DNA of 63,891 nucleotides, counting the filler, from Sluysia triapertura (Eukaryota): assembly GCA_046118255.1 (NCBI GenBank). It is 5 parts of 5 records of this genome, joined end to end, with 100 filler letters (N's around TTAATTAATTAA, not from the genome) between each part and the next. Parts side by side here need not be neighbours in the genome. Positions count along the whole stretch, not along the records: positions 52,803 to 63,891 come from JBJNIA010189054.1; 4 more parts are not named here. The stretch is one strand, 5' to 3'. Positions 54,719 through 63,891 of the stretch are shown piece by piece (position 1 is the stretch's first letter; every line of letters begins with the position of its first letter). The notes under the pieces were generated by a model. It did no database searches. It saw only the letters and a program-made list of their open reading frames with translations, and was not told the origin of the DNA. The position numbers and the translations under genes were made by a program.

Positions 54719-55814
54719 ATTTAATGAATGCAAAGTATTCAAATATGTTTTTATGGAAGATTTGCCAAATTTGATACTTAATGTAAAGATATATGATTGG
54801 AATCGTATAAATAGTGAGCACTTCATTGGTGAAATTAATTATTCGCTCGATATTTTATTACAAAAAGATGTCAGTAATTATCCCGAGTACACTGCTACAA
54901 CGCATAAAAATTTAGTCCCATCAAAAGATTATACGCAGTATGAATCTATTTTGTATTTAGTTTGTTAATAAATATCACGTATTTACTGTTAATAATCAAA
55001 TCGTTTAGTCATAGATAATCACAATATTATAATCGCCATTATTATGGTTTTATTAATTTTTTAATCAAAATTCAAGCAGACATCGAAGTGTTAAATTAAC
55101 TATCTATCGGAATTCTCTGCTTGATGGAAAGTGAAATTTTACGAATTTAAAACAAGATTCAGAGTAATAACAAAATATGTACTATAAACTTAAATAGTTT
55201 ATTGATAATTAATTTATTAGAAATTTTATTAAAAAATACCGTATTATAAGTCTTTTTACTGAAAGCTCACTGAATAAACATCTAAATTATTTAATATTTT
55301 TGATGAAATATTTAAAAACAAATTATCTATCTACTTATAAATGTGCTTTTAACTATAAAAATTATTAATTAATTGTTATGAAATCATAAAAAGCCTTTGG
55401 TTTGTACATTATACATACATTAATTTGAGTAGTCCATATTGGTAATCAGACACGTGCTTTTGTTTCACTTATATATGCAATTATAAAATTGAAATTTTTT
55501 TCTGATAATTTGAATATTAGATTTTCTATTTTGAATTTTGTAATTTATAAATTAATTATTTTTATGTTCATATAATTATGTTCAGTTCTATGTTAATTAA
55601 TTTAAATATAGTTTCTTATTTATACTCGTGTTAGCTAAAGGACATTTTTATTTTGCTACCTTATTTAATGATTTAATGATTTATTAGATTCCTTGGCTCA
55701 ATACTTGTGCTTCTTTCACTGGATATCATTTCGAAATCTTTGAAAATAACTTTAGTGAAAGGTCGAGATTTAAAAACTAAGAATCACAATTATTTACCAG
55801 ATCCGTGTTGTAAA
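54719..55814 (+). CDS. Tandem C2-domain (synaptotagmin-like) protein; exons 54719-54952 and 55688-55814, partial
   Basis: FNE..F...LNVKIYDWNRINSEHFIGEI (end of C2A), then LGSILVLLS...LKITLVKGRDLK.....DPCCK (start of C2B); phases compatible. Confidence 0.75.
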
Positions 55815-55956
55815 GTGAATTTGTGTTAGTTATTTAATTTTGTTTCATTTTTTATTGTTATTGAGTTTATAAGCAAATGATTGTAAAAAGCATTAAAAAT
55901 TTTAATGTATAGGTCTCTAAATGAGACAAGTCGTACGCTAATACAATTAATAAAAT

Positions 55957-58420
55957 TTATCGTACATGGCAACGCATTACGCAAAAATCAGAATGGTGAG
56001 CAAAGAAACATTTATAATATTTACGTGAGGGAAGATTAAAATTTATTTTGTAGGAAAAGGAATGTAATAAACTCAAGTATATCATAAGAGAAGTTGGGTT
56101 ATAACTTAATTCGTCCTCTGTGGATCGTTTTAACATCTTAGTTATTTGATGCATGAATTAAACAGAACTACTATTTTCATTGTTGTATCTGTGTGCCCTA
56201 CATTATTCATATCTATGCAAAGTTTTAAACCACTTATCAAAATTAATTCAAGATTGTTGGTGAAGTTTATTCCTACTATGACTAAAGTTTAATACATATT
56301 TAATACATATTAAAAACAATAATACTTATTTTAAAAGGGTGAACTACCCAATAACAAAAAAGATAAGAGAGTTTATCAAATAAAAATTTTTAACTAAGAT
56401 TCTTTACAACACAAGTACGCACGTACTTAGGTGAAACATGAAACTCGAGCGAAACTCTGGTTAAACCGCTATCCGAGAAAGCAACGATATTTACCATTCT
56501 CTAATCAGGAACGGCGGCCGGTTCATCCATACATCTTCTTTAGTTCGCCGTGGTGAGTATAGCCACGAAATGTGACTTCATACTTAGAAACCGAGTATTT
56601 AATGCTTTTGCATTTGAAAATCATTTATAAGTCAACGTTTTCATCCTTTGCAACGCAATGTCATTCAACAGCTTTAATTACTTCTTTACAATGATCAAAT
56701 ACTTGAAACTTTCTTCGTATGTTACGTAAGGGTCTTTAATACACATTCGCTTTAAACACATGTTAACATCAACACTTTCATCTCTTAAATCATCATATGG
56801 TTCAATTGTTCCATTCAGCTATTTAGAATAATCACATTCTTGAAATTGACCATTACATATCACATCGAAGTCTAGAATGCATTCTTGCCTGAAACTCAGG
56901 TTAAGATCGACGTTATCAAAATATTTTCTTCTGAAATTAGCACCTAAATAAAAACACTGCCGATATTGTATATAATTTAAAAAATTTATCTTCTACTAAT
57001 TTTTAATCTTTTAATAGTCTTTTAGAACAACCTTGACTCTTCCTTTTATCACAATCTTTATGCAATGTTTATTTCGGCGGTTTATTCTGCAAGACTAGTT
57101 TTAACAATTTGCTACTTTTTAGCAACCTTTTTACTATTTCATTAATTTTTAAAAATCAATTCTTTTAATAATCAGTTTTCTTTAATTATGAAACTTTTAT
57201 GCAGCAACGTTAGTTTTTATTTAGTTGAAAATAAATTTTATTAATTCTCAGGTCACTTATTACTCATGAAGCTTCTACAAAAATCCTAGCTATAGAACGT
57301 GATGATTTACATACATGTGAAACTTCCTTTTGCTCATAGAATACGTTGTTGTGAACATAACATACGCAAACAAAAATACTTAAATATAGTACAAAAATAT
57401 TAAGGATATTTATGCAAATAGCAAAAATCTAATTGTTGTACGAGTTAAACAAGATACATCTTTGTTATTTAATCGTTTCGACCAATCCAAGGATGCTTTT
57501 TCCGTCAATTTATGAGTCAATTTTGTTTGAAATTTACTGTCAATATAATTATCGACTATAGTAATAGTTGTGTTATTTGATATAAATAAAACCAATATTT
57601 CTGATAAATGTTTCAATTTATTCTTTTACTGTGTCAAAAATTTATTCTTCAATTATAGATGAATAATTTATTAAACTTTATTGGAAAATTAAATTTTGGT
57701 AAACTAAAAGGCGATGTTTATTTTGATCAAGATTTACTACTTTTGAATAACTATGAGGCAAATGAAACTGTTTCAAAATGATTTTGTAGATTACTGCTTC
57801 TGATTATCACTTCCACTTGAATTTGTTAGAGGCAAGCAGGAGAAACGCCACCTTTATTCGATTTCTTCTTTGGCTGTCTGTTTCATGTCTCCTGATTGTA
57901 CATTTTGTTTAATAAAGTGGTTTTCATTATTTTTAACTATATATTTTACAATAGTTAAATGATTCCGTTTGATTTTTTATTATTGCTATTCTTAGAGACA
58001 CTAATTTGAATGCAGATTTTGAAGGATTTGAACTTATGTCGGCTCGCTGACCTTGAGTAATATTAGTAAGTTTTGATTGGCTTAAATCAAGTAACTGGGT
58101 GAATAAAATTATTTGGTTGGTTAAGGAAGTATTAAACAATGCTGTTTCTAATTGAAATGTAGTGATTAAATCGTTGCTAAACTTGTCACCATTTGTGATT
58201 CTGAAATAGATTGCATGAAGATAGATGACGATATTTGCTTAGTGATATAACTATTATTGATTACAGTCAAAATAGAAGGACAATTCTCTTCATTATATGC
58301 ACTAATGCTAAATTTTGATTTAAGGTCAAGATTTAAAGCGTTTCTTTTGATAGTTGGAGTTTGAGGTTCAGTTTCCACCTTGATCTCATTACTATTTGAC
58401 ATTTCTATTTGATTTCAAAT
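55957..58420 (-). pseudogene. Coding-like region broken by stops; unidentified gene remnant
   Basis: Series of minus-strand ORFs and an acceptor-like site near 56945, with in-frame stops. Confidence 0.3.
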
Positions 58421-59279
58421 GTTGGAGTTTTTGATTCTAATACTTCATTCCTTTGTTTGATTTACGAGGTTATGATTTCTCTCAATTTTTAAGACGTTAC
58501 AAATCAAAATCAATCAAAATTTTGTATGCCAATGTAAAATGTATAATAATTTTGTAGAATTATTATAGAAGTATTTTGTAGAATTAGTAATAACATAATT
58601 AAAAGATAAAATTAATGAAATAATAAATTTATTTCTCATAGGAATCTTTTGCACAATACGTTGTGCGTAAACCATAAGTCGCACGTCAAGTTCAATAACA
58701 TATTTGAATTAGTATCTTTATTAGCATTAATTTGATGTATAACTTTATTAATACTTAAACATTGGAACACATTTAACTTTAATTTTAAAATATAAAGACT
58801 AATTAAAATAACTAATTTTTACGTTATCTACGTTCTTATCTGCTTTGTAATACTTCATCATTAAAAATATTAATAAAACTCAGGATTATAATATTATAAT
58901 ATCGTGAGAAAATATTTCTTATTAAGTTATCAAATTAAACAAATTTTAATTAAGTTAATTAACAAATAAAGCCCTTATTTCTTATTCCTTGAGCCGAAAA
59001 TACCGAATTTCTGCTAGCTTCATTTACTGTGAGGATCAAATAAAATTAAATATTAAATGCAACATCCTTGGTGAAAACGAAGTCATATTAAATCGGTTTC
59101 ATAAAGAGAAAGTATGTAAATATATTTATGAACTTATTAAAATTTCCAATAGCAACATTTGGAAATCCCACAAAATCTAAGATCGCTTTGTAGAATGCTT
59201 CATGAAAGTGCTCTATCTGATCGCGCGTTTTCCTTACAATTAAACTGCAGTTGGATTTTTACGATTGAAGCTAGAAATG

Positions 59280-61300
59280 GTATTGCGAGTATTTTTCTAT
59301 ACCTAACAAATTATCCGAAAGGTCGGTTCGCCTAATATATACGCTTTATACCAAACTTGGAGACGTATTATTAGGTTTTGGAATTTTAAAACTTAACTTA
59401 AAGTCTAAGTAAATCGATTAGTTACTTTTAGCGTTTATTTGATAATACAATAAATTGATTCTACACTTAGTGTTTATTTTATACTTATAACTAAACAACT
59501 AAATAAAAATTAAATTGACTTTTCTAAGTCGTTGGATTTTAATTATGTTCCACAACCCTTTTATTAAGGTGTTGTTAAATAAAAGTAGGTTTCACAACTC
59601 TCTTACTGAGATGTTGTATAGAAAATATGATTTTATGAGTTTACACAACCCTTCTTTAAATTAAGGTGTTGTTGAATGAAATAGATGTTTATTTATTTAG
59701 TTGTATTACTTTATTCGATTCTCAACAAAACAAAAAATCGCTTAACACACTAAAATTTTATTTGTTTCAAAATACTAAATACTTACAACTAACTTATATA
59801 ATAACAATATTCAATTTACTTAATTGAACGCTGTGGTTGATTAATCAGATTTTATTAGAAGTTACTCAACCCTTTATAAATTAAGGTGTTGATAGAAAAA
59901 TAAATACTTTAATTTAAGTGCAAATTTAAATATCCCTGTTTAAGGTGATATTACAATAACCTATGTAATAAAAAATTACTTTTGTAACATGGAAATTGAA
60001 TAAATCGATTCTTCAAATGATATTTTTCCTTAAAAACTTCGCTTCTAAATTTTTAAATCTTTTTCCTAAAATCTTCGATTCTAATTTTTCAAATCTTTTT
60101 CCTAAAATCAAAAAATTTGGTTGTCTGCTATCTAAATGTTCATTCTGAAAATTTTATATAAAGCTTACCTACTTATAGAAATATTTTTGCAATATGGCTT
60201 CTAATAAAGCTTTTTAAAATAAACAAAATATTTTCCAAAATTTAAACAAATGAATTTTTTACTACTTTAAAATTATTATTTTTAGTTTTGTTATTAAAAT
60301 TATAAATTATTATTTAATTATTATTTATTTTTTATTTAATAATTTTATTTAAATTTAAAATTAGAAATTTTATTTAGATTCATTTTAAAAAATTTATTTA
60401 ATTATTAGAAATTTTATAATATTAATTTTAAAAATAAAAATAAAACACAACAAAAATTACACATTAAAAAACATAAAAAACCTTTACAAAATTAATAAAT
60501 GAAATAAAATAAAATCTTTTAAATTAAATAAAATTAAATTTTACTTTTAGTTTCCTTTAAATAATTTAAATTTGGTTTTTGTTCAAATAAACTAATTTCA
60601 ATTTCAAATAGCAAATAATAACAAACAAGAAAACAATACGGCGACTGAAAAGTTTGCTATATAATGATAAGAATTCTAGCGAAATTTTCAGAAATTCATA
60701 TTCTATAATTTGAAAATAATCGTCGCAAATTTTCAGTTCCATGTCTAAAGTAAGATTTTGTTATATAGATTGCTCATTCTCACCGTAGCCAGCATGATAT
60801 AAAATACACGAAAAATTATTAATTTGTTTTGACTTAGACCGTAAATGGCTAAGTTAATTTCTAATTAAATTTATCGCACTAAATCAATAGATTTAAGTGC
60901 TAATTTAATTGTTATTATCTTCATTTGTATCTGTAAGAATTCCTATTTATGTCATTTGTATTTGTAAAATTTCCTTTTGTAATATACTTTGAATAAGTTC
61001 ATAGTTATTTATTAAACAAATAAAATATCATTTATCCTCGTTAGACCCTAACAACGTTGGCTAAACATATTAAAATATAAAGAAAATTTTACAATTAGAC
61101 CGTAAAGGCTAATTTAAAATACAAGTTTCAAAGTTAGAACGTAAAAAGGCTAACTCAAAATCTTGTAAATTATTCTCATTATTAATTAAATAATTCCAAC
61201 GATTTAGTAACTAAGTGTTACATAACTAATAGTGCTGCTTACGTGACTGATTCATACGTGACTGTTTACAAAATTGCTAAGATGATACGTGACCCATTTA
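59280..61300. repeat. Non-coding retroelement-associated region with hairpin arrays; left end homologous (inverted) to 40700-40865
   Basis: aaattatccgaaaggtcggttcgcctaatatatacg...ggagacgtattattaggtttt matches the reverse complement of 40765-40865. Confidence 0.7.
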
Positions 61301-63723
61301 AACTAGAATTGCACGATCAATCTTAGTTACGCTGATTAATATTAAAAGCCAAATAGACTGCCTTCGATCAGATATAAGACGTTTCTATTAGGTGGACTCG
61401 TCTCTAGAATTATAATTTGCATTTTATAAGTGAAATATTCGCATTAATAGATTGAAATTCAAATTTTATGCGAGCAATAATATAAACCAGTGGTTTGGTA
61501 CTATTTAATTGTAATACACGTGTGTAATAGTTGAAAAGTGAAACGTGATCTCTTTAATAATTAGTACTTTAATAATAGCGATTGTTAATAGTTTCAAAGA
61601 TAATAAATACATAATTCATCATTTATTTTGTTTAAACTGAAGAATCTGCTACGAAATTGATTTTTTTTATCAATTTCAATTATTTATCATTATTTAAATT
61701 TTATATTTTCAGGTACTTGGAAAAAGGGTTCCTTAAACATGATCAACTATTTTTCCTAAATCTGATTTTATTGCATCAAATTTAGTTATCATCTCAAAAG
61801 CTCGAATTTCAATTATTTTTTCATGTTTCTATAGATCTTTAGTAGCAAAAACTCTGTAGCTCTAAAGAGAATCAGAATAATTAACTATAAGGCCCAAGTA
61901 CTTTTAGCATCATCGAATAATTCTTTTAAATATGCATCTCTATTGTAACTGGTTTCAACAATACTAATTTTTTTTGTATTTTAATGAGTCTATTAACTTC
62001 ATTTTCAATAATTTCAAACTTCTCAATAAGTTTCTCAGGGCTTCTAAGACTTTAATTCGAGATTTTGTATCAAAATTACATATTAATTCAATCAACTGAT
62101 CATTGTCTTTTATTAACATTACACTAAGAAACATTCGTAAATTGTCAGACATCATATTTTCCGGATTTAAACAATTTATAGTAAAGTTGAAGTTGATTCT
62201 TTCTGTTGGTATTGCCTTTCAAATTTCATAAGCAAAATGCACGACTGGGTAAAAATCCGTTTTTAAAACATTAGTTTACTTCCTAATTATTATTACCTAT
62301 TATAGTATTTATACATGAAAACACATAAAAATTACTTTTAAAATTATTTATTTTCTTTTTTAATTATGTATTTTCCTTCTCTATGTATATTATAAATTTT
62401 GTTCTCTTTATCCAGCACAAAATCCCAACAGACCAAAAATCCAAAAGCCAAAACAATCAGTCAGATGAAGATCTTCTACACCTCCATTGACAGATTCTGC
62501 ATTGATAATCCTACCCTTAAATTCTTTCCTAACAAATTTGCCACAGACTGTAAACTAAAGTCCGAGCTTACTGATAATGTGAGAACCCATATTTTCTCCC
62601 TGGCGTCAGAACTTCCACTATCTCCTTACATGGTTTGACCAACGCGCCCGATGACTTTGACACATTGTACGTGCTATCCGCGCGAGGAGCAATTAAGGTA
62701 GCTGTGATGGTCGAGGGAGTCCCACTGTTATTACGCATAGAGAATTATGTGGTTGCCAACCTTTTTATTCAAAATTAATAAACATCATTTTACCTAAATA
62801 TCATAATCACTAACATTTTATATCTTATATTGCTCAGATCTATTAAAACCTTTTCACACTTCAAAACATCGCAAATTCACAACTTTACAACATTAAAATT
62901 ATACTTACATTCGAACCATTAATGTACACTTTAAATTTCATAATTCTTCATAAAATTTCTTAAGTCATAATTTCACAACATTAGAATCACATTTTACAGC
63001 TCAAATTACCAAACATACAATTCAAAATTAATCAAAACACTTCAAATTCACAATCCTTCAACACTCATTTTTTTATTTCATTGAAAAGATTTTGAATTTA
63101 GATTATTTTTAATTGCTATATTAATTATACGATATATAATATTCACGAGGCAAAAAATGTGAAGAGAAATGACATTATTGCCTAACATTACTGAGAAACC
63201 TGTCTTATTGTATTGAATATTGTTTCAAAATTTACCATAAGATATGTATTTTTGTGTTCACTTGTAATAAATAAATAGCTTGATTATTTTTTATGTTCTT
63301 GCGTTATTTACTTTATAATTACTTATATTATTATATTTATATTTATAATATACTCATATTGATAATTCTCTTGAATTGTGTTTTTTCTGATCCTTTCAAA
63401 GAACATGAAAATATTACAAGTTTGATCGCACGTGACGTAGGTAAAGCGAAAACGCTCGTAGCTGGTACTTAAACATAAACATCGGTCTAGGAGATAACTC
63501 GTAGTTAGCAGCGAACGAATTAAGTATTGCAATACTAAAATTTATTTTAGTTTTTAATAGACTTTAAAATATCTTCGAAATGCACTTTTGAAATACTAAT
63601 TTCATAAATGTACTAAACATTTTAAACGCATTTGTATTCAAATAAAGGTCGAATAAATCAGTCACAACAAAATTTAAAAATAATTAATAATACCAATCGG
63701 TAACGCAAATTTGATTTTGTTGC

Positions 63724-63891
63724 TTTAATCCTTTCAGCCCCGGGACCGCCATATGGCGTCAATGGCGATTTTTTTCTTACACAACTTCTATGCAAGATCC
63801 TACTAAAGTAATATGAAGAGCATAATTTTATGTTTGAACTTTGACCTATATATTTTTACTTCACGTCAATATTTACAATTTTCATACATTT
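63724..63891. mobile_element. Left end of a piggyBac-like MITE
   Basis: TTAATCCTTTCAGCCCCGGG, similar to TTAACCCTTTCGTCCCGGG at 34969. Confidence 0.4.

Noticed and set aside
59550-61160. CRISPR-like array
   Set aside because: Eukaryotic context, irregular spacing, divergent repeats, no cas genes

Overview
Very AT-rich eukaryotic (animal) draft-assembly DNA, not prokaryotic. It contains several N-gaps, four of which carry a TTAATTAATTAA spacer, so linkage across those points is unreliable. Recognisable host genes: the 5' half of IFT122 (7 exons, four 30-39 nt introns), an LTV1-like exon, a synaptotagmin-like tandem-C2 fragment, a TRPM-like pore exon and two exons of a probable membrane-anchored protein. 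These sit among decayed transposons: Tc3-like, three mariners, a near full-length hAT/Charlie-Buster element, piggyBac, hAT and Stowaway-like MITEs, LINE 3' ends, a tRNA-Ala-derived repeat and several Ty3/Gypsy remnants. The most unusual feature is a Gypsy-type element (~40.7-44.7 kb, minus strand). Its integrase is followed in frame by an aspartic protease, then by a probable env-like polyprotein with repeated signal/TM-delimited modules, a PPxY tail and an N-glycosylation-rich end. Its 3' non-coding region has a homologue at 59.3 kb carrying bulged hairpins with compensatory base changes. The tiny introns, ciliary gene and low GC would fit a reduced-genome invertebrate such as an orthonectid; this is inference only. 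All protein calls come from motif recognition by eye, not database searches.
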